A stretch of DNA of 64,000 nt from the NCBI GenBank assembly GCA_965219445.1, contig CBDCNQ010000005.1:608001-672000 (forward strand), in the 5' to 3' direction. A program made the translations under genes and the position numbers. Positions 24,275 to 33,959 of this stretch are shown one piece after another. The notes below the pieces were generated by a model. The model ran no database searches and was not told the DNA's origin. It was given only the letters and a program-made list of their open reading frames with translations. The DNA is from Longimicrobiales bacterium. GTDB taxonomy: Bacteria; Gemmatimonadota; Gemmatimonadetes; Longimicrobiales; Gaopeijiaceae. The stretch's first letter is position 1. Each line of letters begins with the position of its first letter.

Positions 24275-27127
24275 TCAGCGCCGGTTCCGTGCGAGCAGTT
24301 CGCGTAGCGCCACGTCGTCGGTGATGTCGCCGGACCAGCCGTAGGCGGCGGCCACGGCGGCGTCGAGTTGGGCATGCGCATCGGCGAGCCATTGCGGTCG
24401 CGCGTTGTAGAGGTTGGTCAGCGTCCGCTTCTTGAGCGCGGTCGCCGCCTTCTTGTCGCGCGGGATCGGGCGCGGGGGATAGCCTCGGACGGGTTCCGCG
24501 ACCCATTCGACCCACTCGGGCGGGTTGAGCCAGCGGTCTCGGAGTTCGACGAGCCGCCGAGCCGCCGAGGCAATGGCCCGGGCGCGTGGAGCGGCCTTGT
24601 AATCGCTGGCGGGGATGTCGGGCGAGAGTCCATCCGGGAAGGGGAAGGTCTCGAAGGTGGTCGTGGGCGTGTAGCGCGGATCGTTGCCCTTGCCAAGCCA
24701 AGTGCCCATGCGTAGCGACCAAGCCTCGTGGAACCGGCTGTGCAGGATGCCGAACGTGGCGTCGTCCTCGCGGGCGATGGCGATCAGGGCGCTGTCGGGG
24801 CAGATCCGGATGTCGAACCAGACGAAGAGGCGGTGTTTGGACACGCGCGGCGTGGCGATGTAGCGGGACAGGCCGCCAAGCGCCTCTCGAAGTTCCTGCC
24901 TCGGTCGAAGATGCCGCCACCACCGGAGACGGTGTTCTTCGATCCGGTTTCTCTGCCGCATCGGGTGGACGTGTTCGCGAATGTGCTGGAACGGAGACTC
25001 GTACAGGGTGGCGTCTCCCTCCTCCATCTCCCACCCGAAATCGACGATCCATTTGTCGGCGGGCCGCCGGGTAACGGCCATGCCATTCATCCACGGCTTG
25101 AGCACGTCCGAGTTGGGGCGGCCGTTGGGGTTCGCGGGCTCCCGCAGCCACTCGCGCGCCAAGTCTCCGGGAACGTCGAACGGCCCGCCCTTGGTGTCGC
25201 CCATGAAGGCCACGCCCGCGTTCCGGGCGAGCCGCCTCGCCTTGGTCAGGTCGATGCCTGCGCCTCCTCGTCGGGCCGTGAGGTCCGTGTAGATCTCGTC
25301 AACGGTCTCGCCGTCGAGGCGGCGGTCCGGCGCGAGTTCGCCGTCCGCCTCCGAGAAGCACACCAGCGAGACGCGGACGGCGGCACCGTCGATCACCCAC
25401 GGCTCGTCGCTCCACGCGTCGACGATCGGCCGACCGTGCGCTGCCCGTTCGAGCGCCCGGCGGTTCGCGCCGCCCCTGATCGAGTTGGTCGCGACCAAGC
25501 CGACCCGCTTCGAGGTCTTGCCGCCCAAGCGTTCACCGGCCTTCACGAACCAGTAGCAGACCAGATCGGCCTCGCGGGGCACCCGGCGCTCGTACACCCG
25601 GAACAGGGTCGATACGTATTCCTCGCCGAGGTTCGAGATGAGGAGCTTGCCGCCAAGGAAGGGCGGGTTGCCGATGACCACATCCGCCTCGGGCCACTCC
25701 GGTTCCCCGCCGTCGGCCGTCAGTATCGCGTCGCGGCACTCGATCGTTTCCAATGGGTCGAGGATCGGCTCCCGCGCGCCCGGAAACCCGTTCCTCCGCA
25801 TCCACTGGATCTCGCCGATCCACACCGACACCCGCGCCAGTTCCGCCGCGTAGGCGTTCAACTCGATCCCCTTCACGTTGGCGGGGCCGACCGAAGGGAA
25901 GCCGCGCTGGAGACCCAGCGCCTCGGCCTCCAACTGGACTTGGTGCTCCATGTCGTGGAGAGCGTGGAGCGCGAGGTAGAGGAAGTTGCCCGAGCCGCAG
26001 GCCGGGTCGAGCACGGTGAAGTTGCGCAGCCGTTCCAGAAACGTGCCGAGCGCGTTCTCCGCCTGCCTGCGGTTCCGCGTCTCCGCACCCTTTGACTTCG
26101 CGGAGTTCGCGCGCTTGATCCTCTTGGCAATCCCAGCTTTCGCGGTCTTCCACTCGGCCAGCAGGGGGCGAACGATCACCGGATCGATGATCCGCATGAT
26201 CTTGTCCCGGTCCGTGTAGTGCGCCCCGAGTTGCGAACGCTTGTCGGGGTCAAGGCCCCGCTCGAACAGCGTGCCCAGGATCGAGGGATCGATGCTGGAC
26301 CAGTCCAGTCCGGAGGCCGCCAGCGTCGTCTCGATCTGCCCCTTGTCCATGGGGAGGGCGGCATCGTCCTCGAACAGCCCGCCGTTGAACCAATCCACGT
26401 CCTCGAACCCGACCTCGCCCCCCGTGGACATCGCGCCGAACAGCTTCCGCGCCAAGTCCGCGAACTTCTCCGGCTCCCGGCGCGCCCGCCTCAGCATGCG
26501 GGTGAACATGTCGTTGGGGAGCAGGCCCACGTCCTCGGCGAACATGCAGAACACGAGGCGGTTCACGAAGTGCGCCACGTCCTCGGGGCCGTGGCCTTGG
26601 TCCCTGAGCGACTGCGCGAGCCGCGCGAAGTGCTTGGCAGCCCGTTCCGTCAGCGTCTGACGGGTCTCGCCCGGCCGCAGCCGCTCAGGGTCGGACATGG
26701 CCCACTTGAGCTTGTCGCGTACCGCGCCGTCCACGAGATCGTCAAGCGCGAACTCGTGCGTCTTGCTGACCGAGTTGGTCCAGTTCGTCCGGATCCGGAA
26801 CCGTCTCATGTCCGAGACGATCAGCAACGGCGGGTTCTCCAGCGCGAGCGCGTACTGCCGCAACTGGTCGAACGCGGCGTCGAGGTTCGCGTGCTTCCCC
26901 TTGTACTCCCAGGCGAAGCAGTGGCGCTTCCACACATCCGCCCAGCTCCCGCCGCCGGAGTCCTTCAGCGCGCCGCGCTCGAAGCAGTAGCGGTCCCCCT
27001 TGGGGTCCGCCTCCGCAGGGGTCGGTTCCCCGAGCAGCCGGCACAGGTCGATGAAGTGCTCCTGCGCCGCCGAGCGCTCCTTCAACTCCGACGCGTGCCA
27101 CTTCGCAATGAACTCGTTCGCGATCAC
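24275..27127 (-). CDS. MmeI-like (type IIL/IIG) restriction-modification enzyme / adenine methyltransferase
   Basis: ADVWK..FAWEYK, FNGGLF, GAHYT, LDPACGSGNFL, GNPPF, RTLTNLYN; 950 aa intact. Confidence 0.92.
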   Translation of the reverse strand: MIANEFIAKWHASELKERSAAQEHFIDLCRLLGEPTPAEADPKGDRYCFERGALKDSGGGSWADVWKRHCFAWEYKGKHANLDAAFDQLRQYALALENPPLLIVSDMRRFRIRTNWTNSVSKTHEFALDDLVDGAVRDKLKWAMSDPERLRPGETRQTLTERAAKHFARLAQSLRDQGHGPEDVAHFVNRLVFCMFAEDVGLLPNDMFTRMLRRARREPEKFADLARKLFGAMSTGGEVGFEDVDWFNGGLFEDDAALPMDKGQIETTLAASGLDWSSIDPSILGTLFERGLDPDKRSQLGAHYTDRDKIMRIIDPVIVRPLLAEWKTAKAGIAKRIKRANSAKSKGAETRNRRQAENALGTFLERLRNFTVLDPACGSGNFLYLALHALHDMEHQVQLEAEALGLQRGFPSVGPANVKGIELNAYAAELARVSVWIGEIQWMRRNGFPGAREPILDPLETIECRDAILTADGGEPEWPEADVVIGNPPFLGGKLLISNLGEEYVSTLFRVYERRVPREADLVCYWFVKAGERLGGKTSKRVGLVATNSIRGGANRRALERAAHGRPIVDAWSDEPWVIDGAAVRVSLVCFSEADGELAPDRRLDGETVDEIYTDLTARRGGAGIDLTKARRLARNAGVAFMGDTKGGPFDVPGDLAREWLREPANPNGRPNSDVLKPWMNGMAVTRRPADKWIVDFGWEMEEGDATLYESPFQHIREHVHPMRQRNRIEEHRLRWWRHLRPRQELREALGGLSRYIATPRVSKHRLFVWFDIRICPDSALIAIAREDDATFGILHSRFHEAWSLRMGTWLGKGNDPRYTPTTTFETFPFPDGLSPDIPASDYKAAPRARAIASAARRLVELRDRWLNPPEWVEWVAEPVRGYPPRPIPRDKKAATALKKRTLTNLYNARPQWLADAHAQLDAAVAAAYGWSGDITDDVALRELLARNRR

Positions 27128-27462
27128 CTCAACGACTCTCCGCTTGCGCTTCGCGGTTCACATGGGCCAACACGCCTCCCCTCGGGCGCTTGACGCAATG
27201 CCATGAATGTATCACCACTTGGGGGTGCGCCGGCGCGATCCCAACACCGCGGGAGGACCCAAGCGGACATGGCCGAGGCGGTACGAAGACGCGCCCGCCC
27301 CCCTACGACGGTGATCGACCGGAACCCGTCCTCGGGTCCAAAGTCCTCCGATGCGGTCGATTGGATTCCCGTTCGGGAAGGGGTAAGGAATGAGGTAAGC
27401 CAATCCTGTGTACACCCCGTAACATCAATAATGGTGGCTGTTTACGCTATATCCAGAGTAGA

Positions 27463-27655
27463 CACATCGTCAACATCCGCGGCAACAGCTACCGGATGCG
27501 TCACCACACCGAACTCTCCAAAGCCCTTCACTCGCCTCCTTCGGAGTCGAGCTCTTCACACCCAAGGCCGAGGAGAAGAAAACGAAAGGAGAACACGACG
27601 TCCTAGAGGCCCGTCACCTCCCTCCGAAGTGTGACATTTTCAACCGGCGTTGACA
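27463..27655 (+). mobile_element. istB: IS21-family remnant: istB 3' end plus right end
   Basis: HIVNIRGNSYRMR...stop 27606; terminus gtgacattttcaaccggcgttgaCA abuts a clipped CRISPR repeat. Confidence 0.75.
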
Positions 27656-29856
27656 CTCAACGCCTTTCGGCATCACAGAGGTTCTCACCAGGTCGCGTCC
27701 ATTCTGGACAACGAAGACGACATGTGCTCAACGCCTTTCGGCATCACAGAGGTTCTCACTCCCCAGCGGGTGACATTGTGCCCCTGCCAGATGTGGTGCT
27801 CAACGCCTTTCGGCATCACAGAGGTTCTCACGAGCTAGGATCAAAGGGTGAGTAAAAGAGAGGCGACGTACCTTTGCGCTGAGATTTAAACCAGCGAGCC
27901 CGGGTGACAGCCCGGGGAAAGGAACGTCGCCTCATGAGAGAGGATATCGCGGGACCCCGGGGTGCGTCCAGCAGGCCGATGTGGGAGACGCTCGAGGGGA
28001 TGGTTAGGGAGAAGGCGCAGGAGTTCATCCAACAGATCATGGAGGAGGAAGAGTCACGGGAGTTGTTAGGCCGGGAGAAGTCCGAGCGCAGGAGTACGGT
28101 GGACTCGGCCGAGGGCTACCGCAACGGATATGGCAAGCCGAGGCGGTTGGCGATGAGCTCGGGCACGATCACACTCCGACGCCCTCGGGTTCGGGGCGTC
28201 GAGGAGCGGTTCGAGAGTCGGGTGCTGCCGTTGTTCGCGAGACGGACGAAGGAGCTGGGCGCTCTGCTTCCGGAGCTGTATCTGCACGGACTGGCGGAGG
28301 GAGACTTCGAGCTGGCGATGCGGGGACTGCTAGGCGAGGGGGCCCCGCTGTCGAAGTCTTCGATCCGGAGACTGCGGCGGAGTTCGAGGAATGGAGCCAG
28401 CATCGCCTGGAGGTCCGTGAGGTCGTCTACGTATGGGCGGACGGGATCTACGTGAAGGCAGGGCTCGAGCGGGACAAGGCGGCGCTGCTGGTGGTGCTGG
28501 GCGCGATGCGAGACGGGACGAAGGAGGTGTTGGCCCTGAGATCGGGCTACCGAGAGTCGGTCGAGTCCTGGTCCGAGGTGTTGCGGGATCTGAAGGCACG
28601 CGGCATCGAGGTGCCCCGGCTTCTGATGGCGGACGGTAACGCGGCGATCTGGGGCGCAGTACGGCAGGTATGGCCTGAGGCGGGCGAGCAACGGTGCTGG
28701 AACCACAAGATGAGGAACGTGCTGGACCGGCTGCCGCAGCGGGAGCAGAGCGAGGCGAAGGATCTTCTCAAGGGCCGTGGTCTACGCACCGAGGCGGTCC
28801 GAGGCTGTGAAGGCCCGCGAAGTGTTCGCCAGGCGCTACAGGCCGTGGTATCCGAAGGCGGTGGACGTACTCGAGGACGACTGGGAGCGGATGGTGGCGT
28901 TCTACGACTTCCCCGAGGACCACTGGAAGCATCTACGCACGACGAACGTGGTCGAGAGCCCGTTCGCTGCGCTACGGCTCAGGACGACGGCGGCGAAGCG
29001 ATTCAAGCGGATCGAGAGCGCTACGGCGCTGATCTGGAAGTTGCTCTTGGTGGCCGAGAAGCGGTTCCGAAGGCTCGACGCTCCTCACCTCCTCAAGGAC
29101 GTGTTTGAAGGAAGGAAGTTCGAAGACGGAAAGCCCGTCTCAACCCAACAGCGGAAGAATGCCGCCTGATACGTTTACACACCTATTGACCCAACCTCGT
29201 TCTCACAGGAATGGCGTGTCCGGTGCGCGGACCAGTTCGGGTGCTCAACGCCTTTCGGCATCACAGAGGTTCTCACACGTCGTAGTACGCGATCACCATC
29301 CCCTCGTCGAGGTGCTCAACGCCTTTCGGCATCACAGAGGTTCTCACTTTCTACTGAACGGGTTGGTTGCGTCCCCGAAGTTGTGCTCAACGCCTTTCGG
29401 CATCACAGAGGTTCTCACCGGCACCCAGCGAGGAGGTGACCGTCCAGACGGCGTGCTCAACGCCTTTCGGCATCACAGAGGTTCTCACAGGAACCGGCTC
29501 CGACGCAAGCGCCAGCGAGTCTATGTGCTCAACGCCTTTCGGCATCACAGAGGTTCTCACAAGTGAACTCGGGGCATCTCTCCGTCGGCCGTAACATCAT
29601 GTGCTCAACGCCTTTCGGCATCACAGAGGTTCTCACCTCGATCCCCGGTGCAATATGCTGGCTCAGGCTGACTAGTGCTCAACGCCTTTCGGCATCACAG
29701 AGGTTCTCACGCTGCGGGGCGGCGGCGGCAACGAGTTCATCGGTGTGTGCTCAACGCCTTTCGGCATCACAGAGGTTCTCACATAGCCGTCGTAGCACCG
29801 TCGGGTCTCCTATCTGGCGTGTGCTCAATGCCTTTCGGCATCACAGAGGTTCTCAC
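27656..29856 (-). CRISPR. CRISPR array, 12 repeats / 11 spacers (34-40 nt); repeat GTGAGAACCTCTGTGATGCCGAAAGGCGTTGAGCAC; split by IS256
   Basis: Repeats start at 27656 (clipped 3 nt), 27724, 27796, 29241, 29312, 29383, 29453, 29525, 29601, 29675, 29747, 29821 (one variant base); orientation inferred from the cas side. Confidence 0.97.
27832..29198 (+). mobile_element. IS256-family element with frameshifted transposase and 8-bp TSD GTTCTCAC
   Basis: IRL gagctaggatcaaagggtgagtaaa, IRR tttacacacctattgacccaacctc; TSD 27824-27831 and 29199-29206; transposase split over three frames. Confidence 0.93.
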
Positions 29857-30060
29857 CGCTCTCGGCTGGACATAAGCGGGGGGCGGCTTTCCGGGGTGGT
29901 TTTCATGGACCTCATCTTGTGCGGGAAGGACCCGGTCCCAATGTCCTCTAGAGGATGACGGATCTTCCCGGAATTGCTTGGACATTCGCTTGTTCACGCA
30001 CCCGAGAGCGTGTAAATGCCAGAAGACACCGTTACATAGTGTCAATCGCCACACCCTTCG
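29857..30060 (-). promoter_or_regulatory. Probable CRISPR leader
   Basis: Non-coding tract between truncated cas4-cas1 and the first repeat. Confidence 0.5.
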
Positions 30061-30895
30061 ATACCCCCCCCTGGGATGTGAGCTGGACGTTGCCGTGTAA
30101 CACCATAGAGCTCACCTGCGCGATCGGAAGGTCCGTGACGATGCCATCGAGTGCCTGGACCCTCAGACATAGCGCGGCTCTTCCGACCCGCGATCCCGGC
30201 TCGGTGACATGCACTATCTGACGGTCATCGTCTGGAGGAGCCGGTAATGACCGATGGTCGGTCGGCCTTTCCTCATCCGGCAAGCAGACGCCAGAGAGGC
30301 TGCAATGCGTGCAGAGGTTGCGGTTCTCGGCTACCGGTGGGCGCCTTGAGGACGCGCTGAGCCTCCGCGCTTCGGCGATGGCTTTCCGCACGTCGTTACG
30401 GAGGTCATCTGTAACGGCTACGTGAACCCAGGCACTATCGCGTGCGTAGTGGATGCGTGCATGCCGAACGGAGGTCTTCCGAAGGTCCTCCAGAAGCATG
30501 GCATAGGCGCCGACCTGTAGTACGTCAGACGGCCACCCAGCGAGTCCGGCTTCGGTTCGTCTAGCTCTGCCACGCTTAACCTCGACAGGGATCAGATCCT
30601 CCTTCTCCGACCGAATGAAATCGACGCGCCCTTGGAGTCCCAAGCGGGCCGAAACGACGTGCATCGAATCTTTGTGCTTGCGCTCAAGTGAGGCATGGAG
30701 TTCTCGGCCCGCGTAGACGCGGGCGTTGGCCACTCGCTGCCCTTCGACATTCTCGAGATAGAATAGGCGAGGGCAGTAGGCGAGCGCGTGAAGAGCCATC
30801 ACGGGCACCAGTTCGACCGAATCTGCCGGTGGATTTGAGCGGAGCCCCTGGACCCCACTTCCTTCCCCCTCAACCTCCTGGCGTGAGGCGGACAT
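30032..30895 (-). pseudogene. cas4-cas1: Cas4-Cas1 fusion; Cas4 complete, Cas1 truncated after about 50 aa
   Basis: YCPR, GRVD..VEVKRG, QVGAY, CTHCSLSGVC; then VTEPGSRVGR..LHGNVQLTSQ ending at a G run. Confidence 0.88.
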
Positions 30896-31493
30896 AGTCT
30901 TCCTCGTTGAACGCGCGCTCCACAAGGCTGAATCGTCGAAGCCTGGTTGCGGACGGGTCTTCACAATCGACCCAGACGGGGAGGGTGAGCGACCCAGCTT
31001 CATGCGGGTGGAGCGAGACGCCTAGTGGTGGAGCAGTACGGCAGACTGCGATCTCGTCCACCAAGAACGTGCTCTCGCCTAGCGATAGTGCGCCGTACCG
31101 GTCCACGCCCTCAGGATGCTCTAGAGCGTCCCTGACGGAGCTCGAGAGGTCATGTACCGCATCGCCTTGCCTTACTGCGATCCACGCTTCGAGTCCGAGG
31201 ATCACCTCTTGGTAGTCGGGTCGGTAGCTGGCTATTCCGTGGTGCCGACCGCCGACCGGGTCGCGCCGGAGCTTCCGAAGCACGCGCGACGACTCACGGA
31301 CACGGTCCACCATGATCGCGATCCCAGTTCCTCGGTAGTCGGAGTGCGCTCCATCCGTGACACCACAAAGCGAAAGCAGCATTCCGAACACCGTGGCGGG
31401 CGGCGGGACCGGATATGTGTCCTGGTAGTCCCTCGACAGATGCGGACGAAACGAGACGATCGGAACGGACGCCCTGACGACAAACGCGTCCAT
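30870..31493 (-). CDS. cas5: Cas5 (DevS-like)
   Basis: VSFRP..TYPVPPPATVFGMLLSL; LSLGES. Confidence 0.92.
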   Translation of the reverse strand: MDAFVVRASVPIVSFRPHLSRDYQDTYPVPPPATVFGMLLSLCGVTDGAHSDYRGTGIAIMVDRVRESSRVLRKLRRDPVGGRHHGIASYRPDYQEVILGLEAWIAVRQGDAVHDLSSSVRDALEHPEGVDRYGALSLGESTFLVDEIAVCRTAPPLGVSLHPHEAGSLTLPVWVDCEDPSATRLRRFSLVERAFNEEDYVRLTPGG

Positions 31494-31495
31494 CC

Positions 31496-32344
31496 CTACA
31501 GTCCCAGGTCGCGCCGCAGTCTTGCCTCGGCTTCGTGAAAAGCATCCTTCACGCCCTCGGTGCAGGTGACGCCCGAGGCAGCGAGACTATCCCGCAGCGT
31601 AAGAGCTGCGGGACCCCCGACCACGACTTCGCTGCCATCGATGTCCCCCGAGCGAATGCGTGACAGGAGCGAATCGGCGGTGATCGTACCAAGCTCATCC
31701 TGCTCAAAGCAGTACATGAGCCGAGGAGCCGGGTCGTGCGTCCAGCGCAGCACAATTGCGTCGGGCGAGAAATCGTAGAGATAGCGGCTGTGGTTACCTG
31801 CCACCCGGTGAAGGTCGCGAATACTCTCCAGCGCATCGATGGCGCGCGTGCAATCCTCCAGGGCTTCAGGTGTGAGGGCGAACGAGTATTGGTAGCGCGT
31901 TGCGTGAATCTCGGTCCCGTAAGGGATCGGGTTGGTGTTCCCCGACGACTGCGCGCCGACCGCTGCCGCATTGAAGACGACGTCGCCCGGCCAGGGGCGA
32001 GTGCTGAGTGCGCGGGTGATTTCCAATCGCCCGCGACGCTTCACGGTCTCCTTGTCCGGCAACATGAAGCCCAGCAGGTCGTCGTCCAGGTACGACTTCC
32101 AATCCTCAAACTTCGGGTCCCTCCACTCGCTGCCGTCGGAGGCGATGCGCCGGTTTACGGTCTTGCCTGCTTCGGTGAACGCTTCGCGAATCGCATAGCG
32201 AATCGCCTCCGCGCTCACGGTCGTGAAAAGGCCATCGTCCTTGATGACCTTTTGCAACGTGGTCACGTTGCCGGCGTTCTCGCCCCGATTGTTGGACGCG
32301 ATCCCGTGTGGTGTCAGGACGGTACCAAAAAGATGGTGGGCCAT
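31496..32344 (-). CDS. cas7: Cas7 (DevR-like)
   Basis: NNRGE..TTLQK, TVSAEAIRYAIRE, DDDLLGFM, VAGNHSRYLYDFSP. Confidence 0.93.
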   Translation of the reverse strand: MAHHLFGTVLTPHGIASNNRGENAGNVTTLQKVIKDDGLFTTVSAEAIRYAIREAFTEAGKTVNRRIASDGSEWRDPKFEDWKSYLDDDLLGFMLPDKETVKRRGRLEITRALSTRPWPGDVVFNAAAVGAQSSGNTNPIPYGTEIHATRYQYSFALTPEALEDCTRAIDALESIRDLHRVAGNHSRYLYDFSPDAIVLRWTHDPAPRLMYCFEQDELGTITADSLLSRIRSGDIDGSEVVVGGPAALTLRDSLAASGVTCTEGVKDAFHEAEARLRRDLGL

Positions 32345-32390
32345 GGTGGATCTCCGCTCCTGGTTTCAGTTCTCGCTGGTTGCAGTTGCT

Positions 32391-33959
32391 CTACTCGACG
32401 TGCCCCGCCTCTTCGCCCTCTTCCTTCTCCGCCTTACCCTGGTAGGTCACTAAGGAGAACAGTGCGAGATCCCGAGCTCGACGCCATGTGGCAGGTGAGT
32501 CGATGAATGCCCAAATAGCCTGAGCGTTTTCCCGGAGCGTTTGGCTGCCTCCGGCGTCGGCAAAAAATCCCGCGAGCGCCGTCCGCAGGGTAGAGCGGGT
32601 ATTGGATCTCGAGAGCAATCGCCGGGAGGATTCGCGAAAGTCTTCCCATCGGTCCTGCACCGATCTTGCACCGCGCTTGGCGTATTCCGCTTCCTGTCCG
32701 AACCGGCGCGCCATCGCCTCATGCATGGCATAACGGAAAAGTCGATCTAGCTCTCGATTCGCGTCCATTGGCAACTCCTCCGCGATAGCGGTCAGGGCTC
32801 TTCGTTTGTAACCGACAAGTCGGAACCAGGCTCGTTCCTCCGACTCGTTCTTTTGGCTCAATTTCTTCACTTCCTCGCGATCTTCTTTCGGGATATCGAA
32901 TAGAGAATGGTACCAGTAGCGGCCATGCGCGAGGTTGGCCGAGATCCTGCCTCGCGGGGTCGGCACTGAGATGAAGTTACCTTCTCCGTCTTTTCGGGCC
33001 CGGTAACGGTTTGGCAGGTGTCGAAGGACCGTCTCGAACTCGTCTAGTTGTTCCATTCCAGGATGCAGCCGGCAGAAGCTTGAGCGGACCCTCTGCTGCC
33101 TATTCCATGCGACACGGCCAACCCTCAGAACCTCGAGTCCCCTGAGCACGAGATGCCGCTTCGCACTTTGGGTTCGATAGGCAACCGCGACTCCAAGTCC
33201 GGCGTCCTCAAGGCTCCGAACCTCCGCTTCCTTCCAGCCGATGCGCACAAGCGGACGCACCGATGCGAACGCTGCCAGGTCAGAGACGTCAGGAACCACA
33301 ATCACCCAAGAGAACTTCTGTGCTCTGAAGAAGAAGCACCCAATCGGAGCGAAGAAGAGAGGAATGGCCTGGATGGCCGAGCCGGTCCAAGACTTCTCAC
33401 CGCCGTGTCGTGCGGTCCCACCCGGCATGATGAACTGAGCGAACTCGACCCGCGATTTCGTCTCGCCATTCTGGTCGAAGAGTTCATTCCGGAAGGCGGA
33501 GACATATTTCAGTTTCGTCTTAGGCTCCCGGAATCGGACTTCGATGGACCTTTCGTCCTCGAACTCGACTCGCTTCCGTGTCCACGTCGTCTTCGACTGA
33601 GATTTCCCGTGCTGGAGAAACGTTGAGAGGATGCCATTGTTCTCTAGCAATCGGTCCGGGTAGGCATCTCTGGCGGAACCCCGGTGAACAGCGGGGAGGT
33701 AAAGCACCCCGAGCCCTTCCTGGCTAGTCGGCTGCCGAGTCTGCCAGGCGAACTCAATAAGCTTCACGAGCGCATCGCGAGGGGGCACGTCATCGGGCCA
33801 ACGAAGCACCACGACGTCGCTAGCGAAGGATGCCTCCAGCGGGGTCAAATCGACCTCCAGCCTACTCGCGGCATAGATCGAAGCAGCCATCGCTCCGATC
33901 CCGCATCGGTCGAATGCGGTGAGGCCAGGCTCTCCAACAGACCAGGTCAGTTCTGCCAT
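32391..33959 (-). CDS. cas8: Cas8 large subunit, Myxococcus-type (DevT-like)
   Basis: Between cas3 and cas7; TFLQH, PGG..RH, FAPIGC, VVPD, ISANLA..W, RDLALFSL. Confidence 0.85.
   Translation of the reverse strand: MAELTWSVGEPGLTAFDRCGIGAMAASIYAASRLEVDLTPLEASFASDVVVLRWPDDVPPRDALVKLIEFAWQTRQPTSQEGLGVLYLPAVHRGSARDAYPDRLLENNGILSTFLQHGKSQSKTTWTRKRVEFEDERSIEVRFREPKTKLKYVSAFRNELFDQNGETKSRVEFAQFIMPGGTARHGGEKSWTGSAIQAIPLFFAPIGCFFFRAQKFSWVIVVPDVSDLAAFASVRPLVRIGWKEAEVRSLEDAGLGVAVAYRTQSAKRHLVLRGLEVLRVGRVAWNRQQRVRSSFCRLHPGMEQLDEFETVLRHLPNRYRARKDGEGNFISVPTPRGRISANLAHGRYWYHSLFDIPKEDREEVKKLSQKNESEERAWFRLVGYKRRALTAIAEELPMDANRELDRLFRYAMHEAMARRFGQEAEYAKRGARSVQDRWEDFRESSRRLLSRSNTRSTLRTALAGFFADAGGSQTLRENAQAIWAFIDSPATWRRARDLALFSLVTYQGKAEKEEGEEAGHVE

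Noticed and set aside
29105..29958. ORFs with repeated peptides
   Set aside because: Translations of CRISPR repeats
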